A stretch of DNA of 64,000 nt from Mobula hypostoma (GCF_963921235.1 NC_086097.1:203672001-203736000), one strand, 5' to 3'; shown: positions 13,380 through 27,825, numbered from the stretch's first letter. Translations and numbers: made by a program. The notes: a model not told the origin generated them from the sequence alone.

Positions 13380-13950
13380 CATAGAAACATGGAAAACCTA
13401 CAGCACAACACAGGCCCTTCAGCCCACAATGTTGTGCCGGACATGTATTTACTTTGGAAATTACCTAGGGTTATCTATCAGCCTTCTATTTTTTTAAGCA
13501 CCATGTACCTATCCAGGAGTCTCTTAAAAGACCCTATTGTATCTGCCTCCACCACCGTCACCAGCAGTCCATTCCATGCACTCACCACTCTGTAAATATC
13601 TTACCTCTGACATGTCCTCTGTACCTACTTCCAAGTACCTTAAAACTATGTCCTCTCACGTTAGCCATTTCAGCCCTGGGCAAAAGCCTCTGACTATCCA
13701 CATGATCAATGTCTCTCATCATCTTATACACCTCTATCAGGTCACCTCTCATCCTCTGTCACTCCAAGGAGAAAAAGCCAAGTTCACTCAACCTGTTTTC
13801 ATAAGGCATGCTCGCCAATCCAGGCAACATCCTTGTAAATCTCCTTTACACCATTTCTATAGTTTCCACATCCTTCCTGTAGCGCAATGACCAGAACTGA
13901 GCACAGTACTCAAGTGGGGTCTGACCAGGGTCCTATATAGCTGTAGCATT
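13380..13950 (-). mobile_element. CR1 LINE 3' fragment, same family as 5393 and 7557
   Basis: CATAGAAACAT tail; strong similarity to 5393-5910. Confidence 0.9.
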
Positions 13951-14133
13951 CATTCCCTGTAAAATTGTTTTGTTAAGGTCTCAGCACTTCTCATGGCAGA
14001 ACAAATAAGAGAGTTGTTTCCAATGTAGCACTGGAATAGAGGGTAGAATTCTCCCCGTTGGAAAACTCAAAGAGGGAACTTCCACCACATGACTGGTGCA
14101 AATGACATCAAATTTATTCCTGTAGTATTTATT

Positions 14134-14368
14134 CATCCTCCAGGACATGCCCTCTTCTCATTACTACCATCAGGGAGGAGACAAAGAAGCCTGAAGATAA
14201 TTTAGTAAAAGCTTCTTCCACTCTGCCATCAGATTTCCAAATGGTCTATACCTCACTATCTGTTTTCTCTTGGCAGCGTTTACTTATTGATTGATTGTAA
14301 CCTATGGTCATTGTTTATGTATTGCACCGTATACTGTCAGTGATAATTAACCTGATTCTGATTCTGAT
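14134..14368 (+). mobile_element. Rex/Babar-type LINE 3' end
   Basis: Translates HPPGHALFSLLPSGRR; (TGATTC)n tail. Confidence 0.6.
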
Positions 14369-14679
14369 TGTGACAAATAATCAATAGGAAAAGCAGAGGA
14401 CTCTGAACACTTCATTGATGATGACTCCTGGGTAGTGTAGGCATAAACAATTATATTGTATCCATTAGGATGAGGTATTCAGTACGCATGCACAGTCAAG
14501 TGCACTGTCAATCTCAAGACTACAGGCTTTGAAGGTTTCAGGACAGATGAACTGCCATGGTGATCAGTGTTGAGATATCCATATTTGTGCTGGCTGGGCT
14601 ATACTGGTTCTGTTAGGTAAAGATTGGCTTGCACAATTGAAACTTGAATGGATCATCATACTAAGTAATTACGAAGTAA

Positions 14680-14830
14680 TACACAGAATGTGCTGGAGGA
14701 CCTCAGCAGATCAGACAGCATCTATGAATGAAATAAATCGTCGATGTTTTGGGCCGAGACCCTTCATCAGGACTGGAAAGGAAGGGGAAGAAGTCAGAAT
14801 AAGAAGGTGGGGGTGGGGGGGGGGGAGGCT
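14680..14830 (-). mobile_element. Penelope-type terminal-repeat fragment with a decayed minimal hammerhead ribozyme
   Basis: Minus strand 14739-14775 reads CAGTC CTGATGA AGGGTCTCGGCCC AAAA CATC GACG. Confidence 0.65.
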
Positions 14831-14999
14831 AAATGACACAGCCTTTGTGTCTTCTTGAAAGAAGTGGAAGAAACATCATTCACCTTAAGCAAGAAGAACT
14901 AGCAATTAACCACTGTGAAGAACTTCCATTAATTTCTTCTTGTTATCAGTTGTAAGATATTATTTATGAGTTTGGCTCTGGAAACAATAATTCCAACAT

Positions 15000-15120
15000 T
15001 GAGCAACTCAGACAAAATGCTGGAGGCAATCAGCGAGTCAGGCAGCATCCATGGAGGGGAATGAATAGTCAATGTTTCGGGCTGTGACCCTTCACCAGGA
15101 CTGGAAAGGAGGAGGAAGAA
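15000..15120 (-). mobile_element. Penelope-type terminal-repeat fragment with a decayed hammerhead
   Basis: Minus strand 15066-15103 reads CAGTC CTGGTGA AGGGTCACAGCCC GAAA CATT GACTA. Confidence 0.65.
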
Positions 15121-18100
15121 TTCCAACACTGGCAGTTTCCAGACATAAAAGGTTGGAATTTCATTGTCACAGAATGATTGCACGAATGAATATTACTCAT
15201 TAAAGTAACATCCAGTTGCTGACATTTTATCCAATCATAAATTGTCTAAATTAGGGGAAAAAAGTATAATGTTCAGACTTCAACTTGCAGATGGAGCAGC
15301 AAAGATTAGTCATGTGACTCAGAACAATGTATGCCTCAGGCAAGTTGATGAATGCATTCAGAGGTGGGTAGGCCAATCTGAATCAATATTAAAATGTGTT
15401 GAAAATGATGAAGAAAATGAACCATTAGGTAGTCATGATATATGGCTGTAACATGAGCAGTGGCATTCTGTGTCTAGGGACAGCCCACTTGCTCCTCGAG
15501 ACTTCATAGTTTATGGACATTTTTTTTTTAGCAAACTCTGCCCTTGTGTTGGCTGATTACAATGCTGAAATGACAATCTGGGCTCTGGATTCCAGGCTGG
15601 AGATGAGCACAGAAACATCATTTCATTATTGAGGACTGTGCCAGGTACAGGTGTTTGCCTAAAAAAATCCTAACCGATGTTACCCGAGTCTGAAACATGT
15701 GATTATTCTAGTTAGGTTACTGTTTGCAAACTCACTCATGTTGTGTCTATTGTAATTGCAAACTTGTAATGAATCATTTATGATTCCCTTTTCACAGAAG
15801 TATATTTCCCTCAAAGCACGATATGCAAGATTCCAAAATTTTTTATTCTAAATCAATGTTGAGTTGCAAATAGTTTATAATATACTTCACAGGGTCTAAA
15901 AATATTCAATTTATATGTTAAAAAGGAACTTTATCCAATACTACTGACGTTCAAAGACCTGTAGCCATCAAGCTCAAGAACTTGAGGTTTATTTCTTCAA
16001 AATCAATGGAAACTTCAGGAACAAAGAATGTTTTAATAGCAACTGAAAAATGATGACGCTTTGCAAGTTTTCATGTGCAGGTTCATGCCAGTGTGGAGCC
16101 AGAATTAATTTTGAAAATTAGTCTGCTTTTTAGAGTGGCTGTGGTTTGGGCTGTTCAAACAGAACATGCCAGTCTACAAACCAAGCATCAGAATGTGAAA
16201 CTAATTTTGAAATTTGTTTCACATCTTCCGGCAAGATTAATGGACTTGATTATGAATATGCAAGCATTACCGTTAACCTCCCTCAACTCCGCACAACCCC
16301 AAAGTTTAAATTCCTGGACAAATCTGACAATAAATATGAATGTAACAGATACTTTGTATTAAGCAGCCATTGTTCTTGAATTTGAACCACAGTTTTGAGT
16401 CCATTAAAACGATTACAAAACACAGGAGTCTAAAACAGTTTGATCCGCAGAATATATGCCTTGGTCGTAAAGAAAAATATTGAGAACTGCTCGGCAACTT
16501 CAGGTTATTTACTTTGCTCGGTAACCAGTGAACATGCTGTAAACACAAATATGATACTCATGAGATGAACTAAAGATTATATGAACAGGCAATTGCACTC
16601 AAGTGATTTATTCATTGTTGTTTTTATTTGTTGTAAGCTTTTAAACTTTTAAGTTTGAGCTGGAGTGAGTAAGTTTGAAAATGATCTTTGGTTGGAACGC
16701 ACCTATTAATATAACCTAACCTGAATAAATTAACAAGGCATTTTGGGCATCGGTGACATCAGTCTCATTTTTCATGTATCTCTGCCCAATGCTTGCGACA
16801 AGTACAGGCTTCAATATTGAAATGAGATTCTCCAGCTTGGAATCATTTCAGAGTTGCAAAGTACCAAACAAAGGACACAGGATTCTCACACAAACAAAAA
16901 TCTCTGCAAACTGTGGCATTGGCAGGAGCAGGTGCTCCTTTCCTCAATCCTCAGAACAAATGCTTGTGTCCCGGCAGCCATCCTTGCACCAGCCCACCAG
17001 GTGTAACCTCAAAGTCCTGATCTGGCTGATTTTCATAACACCCCAGAAGTTTCAGAGACTGTGTTTCTAGACTTCTGATAGGTCTTGCATAGAGGTGAGA
17101 TTTATTTTTGACATCAGGCACCTCTGTTCTATCATATTGTGCTTATATTTTGGAAAAACAGATCTTAACGGGAGGCATTAGATTATGAGGACACTCAGTC
17201 TTTGTTTATTGAGACACTTGGTTATATTCGTACTCAAGGTACTGTTCCTACTTGATCAGTCATAGATTTAGGATGCACATCAATACCATATCACATCTTG
17301 TAGTGGCAAAATATTTTTACAGCTGCAATATATGGATCTAAAACTTTCCTACACATACCTATAAAATAGATTGGTTGGATGACTGTGCTTTAAAATAACC
17401 AAGTGCCAAATGTGAGTGCAATTGAATGCACTTTTCCTTCATCACAGAACCACAGAAATCTAGGTAAGTTAGGAACGGGTTTGTGGTGTTCTGTATCAGG
17501 GATTAGTCAGTGGGATGTAGCAGAAGAAAAGGTAGTGGATTTGTGATTTCCAGGGATGAGAGGATTTGATTCCTGGAGGCTTATGAACAATCAGGGCAAG
17601 AGGAACTAGAACTTAAGGACGCTTAAGGTCTTTCCAAATTGAAAAGTCTCAGCTCAGGGTCTCAGGAGATCAAGGTTTGGATGTCAGGTGAAGGAATATC
17701 AGTGTTGTAAATTGAAGACTGGGATTTGAAGGGTCAGTGGGTAGAGGGGATGTGGTAATGATGCCTTGCTGTTGTCAGCTGAGGTTTGTGAACTGGAGGT
17801 AGGGTGGATTAGGTGTCTGAAGGAGATCCAAGTGGTATAAGCCAAGACTTTTTCTTGTGCTTTGGCAGAAGCTTACATGAAATACTGGCTTTGGGAAGTA
17901 GCAAGCATTGCATCAGTGTTGGACTGCAGTGAAAGGTCAGGATGCTTCATGCAAGAGGCAGTATAATAAGCTGTCTGAGGTGCTGCTCAGTGAGGTAGAC
18001 CACTATTCACTGTTTTTGGAGCTGTGCTGTTAGATGTAAATTGAGATCATATTCATTACTTTTGGAGCTTGGAAGAAGTTTTCTTACAACTCTAACCTGA

Positions 18101-18240
18101 GTGTTGCAGGTAGTGAGAAAGGCTTTTGGAAGTAAGGAGATGTCTCTCCTATGCTTTTGCCACCACATAATTAAATGTCATTTTGGGCAATTTTCTGGTC
18201 AATGATGAACCACAGATTATCACTGGCACAAGAGACCACT

Positions 18241-19899
18241 CTATGTTCCTAAATCGATTTTTGACAGAATAAACTCGATAATCATATCTTATATTTGGAA
18301 TAATAAAAATCCTAGATTGAGTAAACCCTTATTGCAGAAATTTAAAAAGGATGGTGGTATGGCTTTGCCAAATTTTAGAATGTATTATTGGGCAATTAAT
18401 ATTCGATATATTACTTTTTGGATTCATTATTCAGACATACATGAACGTACTTCATGGTTGGATTTGGAGGAAAACTCGGTGAAGGGGTTCTCTTTGGTCT
18501 CTTTACTGGGAGCTCCTCTTCCCTTTTTGTTTTCTAAGATTAGTAGACAAGACCTTAATCCCATTATTAAACATACATTAAGAATTTGGTTTCAGTTTTG
18601 CAGATTTTTTGAGTTAAATAGTTTTGTTCTTTCTAGTAATATCCATTTCAATTATTTTTTTAAACCATCAATTTTGGATAAGGCCTTTTTAATTTGGAAA
18701 ACTAAGGGAATAATAACTTTTTCAGATTTGTTTTTAGGGGATTGTTCAATGTCTTTTTCTCAGTTAGTGGATAAATATGATTTATCTAATGTGCCCTTTT
18801 TTAGATATTTACAAATTAGGAATTTTTTACATCCTTTGCTGCCAAATTACCCTTCTGCTTATCCACCTAATATGACAGATGCTCTCTTTCAGTTTAAACC
18901 ACTTCAAAGAGGTTTGATAGCTATAAATTATAAACGATTATTGAATTTACAAATGATATCTAACGATAAAATTAAACCTGCTTGGGAATTGGAATTTCAA
19001 GAGTAATTTTCAGATAATCAATGAAGTAAAATATTTTATTTGGTTAATAACTCACCTATTTGTGCCCGCCATTCCTTGATACTGTTTAAGGTAGTGCATC
19101 GGGCACAGATATCAAAGGATAAACTAGCACATATTTTTTCCAACATTAATCCTATTTGACAGATGTAATATTGAGGTGGCCACTTTAACTCATATGTTTT
19201 GGTCTTGCATAAAGCTAGACAATTTTTGGAGAGATGTTTTTAAAACGTCATCAAAAGTCTTGGATCTGGACCTACAACCTAATTTACTTACGGCAATATT
19301 TGGAATTATCCCATCAGAAGCAGGAAATATTCCTGTTTCTGCTCAAAGTATGATAGCCTTTTCAACTTTATTGGTTAGGAGATCGATTTTATTGAATTGG
19401 AAGGATTCTAATCCACCTACTGTCTTTTATTGGCCATCCTCCATTATGTCCTGTTTAAGCTTAGAGAAAATAAGAAGTCCAACATTTGGTACATCCCTTA
19501 AATTTGAGCAAATCTGTCGACCTTTTATTCAATATTTTCATTTGATTTGATTTATTACTTTTCCAATTTTTTTTTTCAAAGTTTTAAATTTGATCAGAAA
19601 GTCTTTTTTTTTTGGTCGTATCTTCAGAGTGGACTGCCCAGTCCCCTTTTTTTTCCTTTTCTCGTATAATGTAGTGCGGTTTTTTTTTCTCTCATTTAAA
19701 ATTTAAAGTTTTTTTTCTGTCCATGAATTGATAAGAGGAGAATTAGCTGTCTTCTTTTTCATTATATACTACATATTAGCTTAATACTGTGTATGATTTT
19801 AATAACGTCTATTTCACTTACTGTTTGTATTGTTATTGATATATGTATTTGAGACAATTCTCCTCTTGTTTGTATATAAAAAGATTAATAAAGAAGAAG
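18241..19899 (+). mobile_element. 5'-truncated L1-clade LINE (ORF2 C-terminal part plus 3' UTR)
   Basis: ORFs GGMALPNFRMYYWA (18317..19006) and TLTHMFWSC (19176..19550); AATAAA at 19887-19892 plus (AAG)n; 11-bp TSD AAGAGACCACT at 18230-18240 and 19900-19910. Confidence 0.92.
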
Positions 19900-20031
19900 A
19901 AGAGACCACTGAATATTGCATTTCAGGATTGGCAATGAAATGGGGAGAGAACTAATAGTGCATGGTGCTGGACTGCTCTTACAATAAAGCTGACATAGCT
20001 GATGTGTTGTGAAGGGCTTTGCAAAGTAAGG

Positions 20032-20834
20032 AAGTTCAAGTTCAAGTACAAGTTCAGTTTAATTATCATTCAATCATACACAGGAATACAGCCAAATGAA
20101 ACAGTGTTCCTCTGGGGCCAATGTGCAAAACACAGTACCAAGTCACACACAGCACAGAGCACATACAGCATATATAATTATGATAGCTGAAAAACATACA
20201 GTTACAAAAAAATAATAAATTATAATGTAGCCCAAGTTCCTGAGTGCCAACACTTGTAGATTTGTGGTGCATGGATGTTGCCTTGGAGCCACTTTTCTGC
20301 AAGAATAGCCACAGAGATTCCTCATTTCGTGCAAGTGCAGCCCCAGATGAATGCAGTCCAGCTTGTCTTCCCACAAGCGAACACCGTAGGGTAATGCGGA
20401 CAGGAAAGACCAGCCCACAAGCCAGTACAGAATCTAGCAGCACACAGCCAGCTCTGGCATCTCCCTCTCTGGCGACTATAACAGGTGAGCCCGAGGCATG
20501 AGGGCCTTGTCCACGCAACAACTGAGCCACACAGTCAGCTGTGCCAATGAACCAATGAATCAGACATTATCAATGTCCAACACGGTCATGCAATCATGAG
20601 AAAAATGTCCGAGCCAATCACTTCCATGATCGTGCAGCACCTGGGTGGCAGAAGCAAGCTCCAAATGGTGCACAACAAGTCCAGCTCCGCCGCTATCTAG
20701 CAACTCACTAGTGGGTAAACCTGCCATACTTGACGTTCCTAATATCTGGCAGTGTCTTGTGATAATAAGAAAGACATAAAGGACAAACAATTGCATCTTT
20801 GAGAGGCCACTGTGTCCGAGTGTGCCATCATCTT
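20032..20834 (-). mobile_element. Probable non-autonomous non-LTR element
   Basis: (TTGAAC)n-type tail; 5' end begins AAGATGATGGC; no coding capacity. Confidence 0.45.
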
Positions 20835-21399
20835 ATGCTAAGGAGCTGTCTCTCTTGTGCTCTAGAACTCTGTATCAAACACAGCAGACTAGATATCTCC
20901 TTCGATTCTGAAACCATTCTGTGATTCTGTGACTTTGTAAGATCATTGAGTGTCAAAAGGAAATCGTGAGACTTTCCATGAGACAGGTGGTAATTGTCTG
21001 GCACTATCTAGGTGTGACAGTAAAATAGCACTGTGCTTTTCAGCTCCAAATTGGGGCAACACATTACTGTGTTTACACATGAATGGACTCTCTGTGACCT
21101 GAGTGAGCCAGTGACATGGGCTCGTCAAGTGAATTTCAGGATCCAAATACCCTGTTCCACTGTTCATACTGGGATTCTCTACATTACCTTTCCCTTCTGC
21201 TTTATCATCCTTCTGCTGATGCACAGAGGCTGTAACTCTAAGATGGCCTATCAACTGAGTATTACATATACAATGATATTACTCTGGCGCACCTTGCATG
21301 CTTTGTGCAAATCTGTTTTACGTGCGTGGAACTATACTATTGCAAGTTTAATTATGCATTCTTTGCACCATATGTTCCCATCGTGTTTAAGAGAGGATA

Positions 21400-22440
21400 A
21401 GCTGACTAACTATGCAAAATTTTAAATCTGGCAAATGTTAAAATCTCCAATAGCTCTTCATCACCTAAAGAGATGAGGTTCAATGCATGGGAGTCATTGA
21501 TAATCATCACATCTTTCAAAGAGAACATATTTCATGAATTACTAAATTCGATTTTCTACAGTTGGTTCAAAGGGCAAATAAAATCTGGTGTCTAAAGGTG
21601 AGAATTTTGCAAGTATAACAGCAAATTTAAAAAGTGAGCTATTTTTTTAAAAAACTGAGTTGTGCAGGAACAACTTCTTGCAGAGGATGGGGATTTCTGG
21701 AATTCTTTACCTCAGAGGGTCATTCAACAGTTTGAGGCAAATCAAAACTAGGCATTTCTATTCTACACTATGATGTTACTAGTTCCTTTGTACAATAATG
21801 AGTGATGTGTAGTATATAAGGATGAAAGAATATAAGAGGAGGAATGGGCTATCCTGTTCCTAAAGTCTGCCCCACCTTTCAATACAAAAATGGCTGATCT
21901 CCTCCAGAACCTCTTCTCCTCTTCTATTTCCTTGAACTGTTTCTTCACTGAATAACCCTCTCCAAATGATCGCACCTCTATAACCCTCTGGAGTAAAGAA
22001 TTCCAGAAATTCGCATTCCCCTGTAAGAAGGAGTTCCTGCACAACTTAGTTTTTAGTAACAGCTCCCTCAACTTGTATGACCCTTGTTTGAGATTTTATC
22101 AATGACGGAAACATTTCGACATCTACCCTGCCATATCCCCACAGGATCTTACATGTTTCAATAACATCACCCTTAATTCTTCTGAAATCCTATCATGGCC
22201 ACTCTAACTCCTATCATTACTTTTGATTCCTATGTTCGAGCAACGTTCTCATCCCAAGAATTAGCTTAGTGAATCTCCTTTCTTGAGTCAAAATTGTGCA
22301 AAGTCCTCCAGGTATGGCCTCACTAACACCCTGTATGATTGTAACAATACTTCCATATTTCCAACTCTCACCCTCTTGCAAAAAGGGCTAATGTTCCATA
22401 AGGCTAAGATTTTGCAATGTATGAACACCCCAATCCCTGT
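21400..22440. mobile_element. Two old CR1 3' fragments in opposite orientation (+ about 21400-21740, - about 21820-22440)
   Basis: KTKLCRNSFLQ..NFWNSLLQRV and LLQSYRVLVRPYLE on minus; inverted match of 21650-21725 to 21980-22052. Confidence 0.6.
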
Positions 22441-22599
22441 AATATGCACTCCCTGTATTAAACTGAATATAAAATTAATAAATACAATGCAAAGCATTTA
22501 TGTTCATAACTCACACTCACAGTTTACATTTACTTATGCAGTGTGTAATTCATACTGATTCTCTGGTGTTTAGAATACCATGCTCTTAGCACTTCTATT

Positions 22600-22776
22600 A
22601 GCATAATTTGTCTTCTTTTGCACATTGGTTATTTGTCAGTCTCTGTTTATGTATAATTTTACATAAATTCTGTGTATTTCTTTATTTTCTTGTAAATATC
22701 TGCAAGAAAATGAATCTCAAGGTAGTATTTGGTTACATATCCATACTTTGATAATAAACTTTACTTTGATTTTGAC
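22600..22776 (+). mobile_element. LINE 3' UTR fragment (Rex-like)
   Basis: aagaaaatgaatctcaagg..ctttgataataaactttactttga matches the reverse complement of the 3' ends at 33091 and 33812. Confidence 0.5.
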
Positions 22777-24949
22777 TAAATATCTTTGATGTGGCACATT
22801 AAAGGATATGGTATTGTGTGCCAACTTTTTCATGAAAATATTTTCCACAGTATTATTTTGAAACTTACACTTTGCTGAATTCAATAAAGATCTTCAAAAT
22901 ATAATCTCCCAGTAATCAGTACAATGATACTTTACACTAGATTAGAGGTATGCGCAAGGGAATTGATGACATATTTTAAATACTTTTACATATTTTGTAA
23001 TGAGTGATAAGGATTGCATATCTTTTGGAAAAGGAGCTTGGGGAGAGAGAAAGTTGAGTCATTGCTGGCTGAATTGCTGGATGAGTGCGATGTTCCTTTA
23101 TGAACCCCCCCACCCCCCGGCCAGCATTGACTAATTATTTTGGCCCCCATTTCCTGGCTTTCAGTCTAAGATAATTAGTCAATGCATGGACTTACTGCAA
23201 ATTAGGAAAGCAAATTATTTTACAAGCGCATTTTGACTTCTTTTATCTGATTCTAGTTGCTAAAGTTTGATGTCCACACAGCAGCTCTATTGGGGAAGCT
23301 AACTGTTGTGTCCTTGAGAACATGGAAGGGCTTGGGATCTACATGACTGTCGGGCTGACACTGTGAACAGGAACCTACAGTTCAGGTGCCAAGTTCATTG
23401 TATTTTCCCCAAGGGTGATCAGGGTTCGGATCTTTTACTTGACTCTGAGTCAACATTCCAGAATTGGTGTTGTAATGATGTGAAAAATGCTGGCATGTGA
23501 AATAAAGAATAAATTTAGGCTGACACAGTCTGTCTGGGAAAACAAAGTCCTCTTCTATACACATCGTGTATCTTCTAGTTGGTTGACAATGATGAATCAT
23601 TTATGTTCACAGGCTATCAAAAGGAACTTCGTTTTGGGTGCATCATGAGCAACTATGGTTAATAATAAAGTGCATTGTGAGATATATGGGTGTAACATGA
23701 AACACCAGATCAATTTCCCAGAAAGCCAGAACAAAGGGAGTGAGTTTGAACTTGAAGCTTAAATGCTGTAACCAATTTTATCTTCTGTACCCTGAATCAA
23801 AAATGAAGCTGAAGTCGGAAGGCATGCTACAGCATTTGTACTTACATGAAAAGTAATGAAAAATAGGAGCTATTCTCATAGATAACGTTGAAAACAGCAC
23901 TTGATGTTAACGTGATCTCATGCAAACAAGATAATTAACCAATAGACGAAGTAGATGAAATAGATGAAATCTAGATCACCCTTGTTTGTGGAATGATAGG
24001 ACTGTTTGAATGAATGGAAGTAAATGACATCTTTGTGTAAAATAGAAACAGATAATTTTATTCTTTCTTCTTGTACTGCTTCTACATCTAATCTACTTGT
24101 AATTTTTGAGAGGGAAGTGACTAGGGGACTGTGGGGGTGGAAATGTGCAGAGTCAATTTTAAACCTAGGATTCTGTGGTCATTTGAGATTTCTAGTCCAC
24201 AGCTGGTTATCAGCCGCTTGCACATAACATCATTTCTCTGCTCAACCACATAAACTAAATCATAGTCTGATTCACATAAGCTGCTGACAATATTCAAACG
24301 GAATATTGACCAAGAAAGTGAGACAATAGTAATGATGGAGACACTGGAGATGCTGCAATCTGGAGCAAGATGCAAGCTGCTGGAAGAATTTAGTAGGCTG
24401 AGCTACATCTGTGGGGAGAAAAGAGCTGTTGATGTTCTTGGTTGAGACCTTGTAGTCCTGATGCATGATAATTCCTTTCCCTACACAGATGTTGCTCACC
24501 CAGTGAATTCCTCTAGCAATTTGTATTGTGCAACTGTTTACAAGCTTACAGTATTTGTTTACAAGCTTACGGTAAATGAATGTCTCAAATGGTTCACTTC
24601 AAATAGATGATTTTTGCATTGCCTGATTAAGCAAGTTTTATTTCAATTGTGTTTAATGGGGGAGGAATGTTGGCATGAAAAGAGGTGAAATGTCAGTTCT
24701 CCTTATTGCCACATCAAATGGCTATTTTGTTCTTTAATATCCAACTGTAGATCAGCACTTCTCTTGATACTCCCACTGTCTCCAAATTGTTAAACTATTT
24801 TAGATACCCTACATTGGATGAGAAGAAACTTCTCTAGTTAATTACTAACAAGTCAAATCTTTAGTCCCCAGGGCAAACTAGGTTCCTTATCTACCAGCTC
24901 CATCCCTCTCCCTGGCAACTGCTTAAAACTGAACTGACAATGCCTAATC

Positions 24950-25330
24950 TTGAGTAAGATTACAATTAATGCTTTCTGTGCCTTGTACTATCTGTGAAAG
25001 TCTTCAAGGCAAACTTGACCACACTTGTGTTATGCACCTAGTATTTATACCACTCCTAAGCCTGTCTTTTTCTATCATTGTGTATTGGCAGCTTCTCCTT
25101 TGCTGAAACTCCCATCATGACTGATGCCATAAACTTGACTATTCTTATGAACATATGGCTATCTTCCCTATTCTAATCCTGATAAACTTGAGGTCATCTA
25201 ACATTCTTCTAACTTTTTTAACTTGCACTCATCCTGCTCATCCAGAACTCCTGTTTCTGCTGAACTATGTTGGCTTCCTATTAATCAAAGTTCAGGGACT
25301 TCAGTTTAATGCTTCATGCATGTAGCAGCC
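24950..25330 (+). mobile_element. Very old L2-like LINE remnant
   Basis: Degenerate KLDYS..KLEVI..TPVSAELCWLPINQ resembles the L2 C-terminal LDYCN..TPVL.LHWLP motif. Confidence 0.4.
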
Positions 25331-25565
25331 CTTCTGTGAGGGCAATATTCCTTTATACTACAATGAACAATGTCAATTATATTTTATTCAGTCCAAGTTA
25401 TTTAGATAATTTCTGAAAACTAATATTTGCATGTTAGTGCAGGTAATCATACCCACACTGTAGGAGGACAGCAAATCTCTCAGCTTTTGCTATTCTGATC
25501 CTGAAACAAGCTACGGGTATTTCTTGCATCTGAATTTGCACAGTAAAATATGAAATGTGATATGG

Positions 25566-26022
25566 AGGTTTGGAGAGCATGCCTTATGAGAATAGGTTGA
25601 GTGAATTTGGCCTTTTCTCCTTAGAGCGATGGAAGATAAGAGATGACCTGATAGAGGTGTATAAGATGACGAGAGGCATTGATCGTGTGGATAGCCAGAA
25701 GCTTTTTCCCAGGGCTGAAATGGCCAACATGAGGGGGCACGGTTTTAAGGTGCTTGGAAGCTTGCACAGAGGGGATGTCAGGGTTATGTTTTCCACACAG
25801 GGAGTGGTGGGTTTGTTTAATGCACTGTCGGCGATGGTGGTGGAGGCGGATACAACAGGGTCTTTTAAGAGATTCTTAGATAGGTACATGGAGCTTAGAA
25901 AAATAGAGGGCTATGCGGTAGGGAAATCTTTGGCAGTTTATAGAATAGGTTAGATTGCCCCACAACATTGTGGACTGAAGGGCCTGTAATGTGCTGTCGA
26001 TTTCTATGCTCTATGTTCTATG
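25566..26022 (+). mobile_element. CR1 LINE 3' fragment
   Basis: ORF 25570..25953 YENRLSEFGLFSLE..DLIEVYK..; CTATG tail. Confidence 0.9.
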
Positions 26023-26779
26023 AGGTGGCGTTGTAGTTTAGTTACTGGACTAATTCAGCGGTTGGGCTAACATTTCAGAGTGAGGTTCAAATCCTATTAA
26101 TAGAACATAAATTCATTTAAATTTGTTGAATTTAATAGAAAACTAGTCATTAATAATCTATCACAAAGCTGTCAGTTTGTGTGTGAAATAAATAAGGTAT
26201 TCTAAAGCCATCTTGGGGAAGGAAATCTACCATCCAAGTGTGCTGGTTGCCTGGCCTCAGAGAATGCTGTTTGCAATGAAGCCCTCGGAGCAGGCTTCTG
26301 CTGGAAAGCTGGCTTCCAACTGATCAGTGATGTCCAATTCGCACAAGGAGTCTCCAAGAATAATGTGTCAGCTGCACTCCCCATTACCTTAACAGCTGAT
26401 GATGCCCTGCACCCAATCTCACTGGATGTCTAAGCTGTCTTTCCAATTCCTCACTTGGAATGTCATTCAAGAATCTTCAGTTGCTATTAAAAATAAGTAT
26501 ACTAATTAAAGTATTAAAATGGTTAAGAATACTTGAAAAATTGTAGCACTGAAAACACTTATAAATAATTAATATGTCTGTATCAACTCATTTACATCAG
26601 ATAAAAAAATGGTACATAACCTCTCATGCTGTTGTTATTTCTTCTTATCGAAATCATTCAACTTGAGCCATGTTAAGCATGTTGGCTCAGGAGACAGATG
26701 TCACTGCCCAAGTGAGCTAGTAAATCTGAGGAGTCTTTGTATCCCCTTTGTTCAGTTCCTTCCCACCACATATGTGACA

Positions 26780-27825
26780 CTTCACTTGCTCCTGATTTCA
26801 ACTCCCTGGCTATAAGTGTCTCGTTTTCACCATGGATGTCCAGTCACTATACACTACTAACCCCCATTAAAAAGGCCTTGAAGCTTTCCACTTCTTTTTC
26901 AACTGCAGACTGGACCGGTTTCCATCAACACTGCCTTCGCCCATCTGACAGAACTGGTCCTCACCCTCAGCAGTTTCTTCTTCTCCTCTTACTTTCTCCA
27001 AACTCAATGGGGAGCTCTCATTGACCCATCATTACCTGCTTTTCAAAGGTCTCCATGGAACAGTTCCTGAACAAAACCTTCCCTGATAATGTTCACCACT
27101 CTCTCTGTGTTACATTGATGACTGCATTGGTGCTGCTTCATGAATGCATGCTGAGCTCATCTATTTCATCAACTTTGCCCCCAGCTTCCACTCTACCCTT
27201 AAATTCACTTGATCTATTTCTGACGCCTCCGCCTCTCTTCCCTTTCTGGATCTTGTTATCTCCATTTTTGGAGGCATACTGCCTACCAATATCTTTCAGA
27301 AACTTACTAATTCCCATGGCTATCTGACTATACCTCTTCCCGCCCTGTATCCTATAAAAATCAGTTTTTTTTCAGTTCCTTTGTCTCTGCTGCATCTGTT
27401 CCCAGGATGTGCTTTCCTTTCCAGGACATCAGAGATACTCTCCTTCTTCAAAGAACAGGGGTTACTTTCTTCCACCATTGATGCTGCTCTCACCTGCATC
27501 TCCTCTATTTCCCAGACACGTGCACTCTCCCCATCTTCTCACTGTCTTAGCAGGAATAGAGTTCCTCTTGTCCTCATCTACCATCCCATGAACCTTCGCA
27601 TCCAACACATCATTCTCTGCATCTTTTGCCATCTTCACTGAGATCCTACCACCAATCACATCTTTACCTCTTTCCCCCACTCTCCGCTTTCCATAGGAAT
27701 TTCTCCTTCCATTCTTCCCTTGTCCATTCACCCCTCCCCACTAATCTCCCTTCTGGCACAAATCCCTGCAAGTGACAGAAATGCTACACTTACCTATTCA
27801 CTTCCTCTTTACCTCCATTCATACC
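26780..27825 (+). mobile_element. Penelope-like element remnant (RT and start of the Cys linker before GIY-YIG), heavily decayed
   Basis: Across frameshifts: CYIDDCIG, FHSTLKFT, PFLDL, DYTSS.P, FFKEQG, VPLVLIYHP, GTNPCK..KCYT, which are characteristic Penelope RT motifs. Confidence 0.8.

Noticed and set aside
16130..16379. Cys-rich ORF (LGCSNRTCQ..ECETNFEICF) resembling an Ly6/three-finger exon
   Set aside because: Cys spacing does not fit well, there is no GT donor at the expected place, and no partner exons were found
17460..18230. Purine-rich stretch, possibly an ancient LINE on the minus strand
   Set aside because: No diagnostic motif recoverable by eye
26025..26350. tRNA-like sequence (GTGGCGTTGTAG..GGTTCAAATCC)
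   Set aside because: No cloverleaf; probably a very decayed SINE, and too degraded to call as a feature
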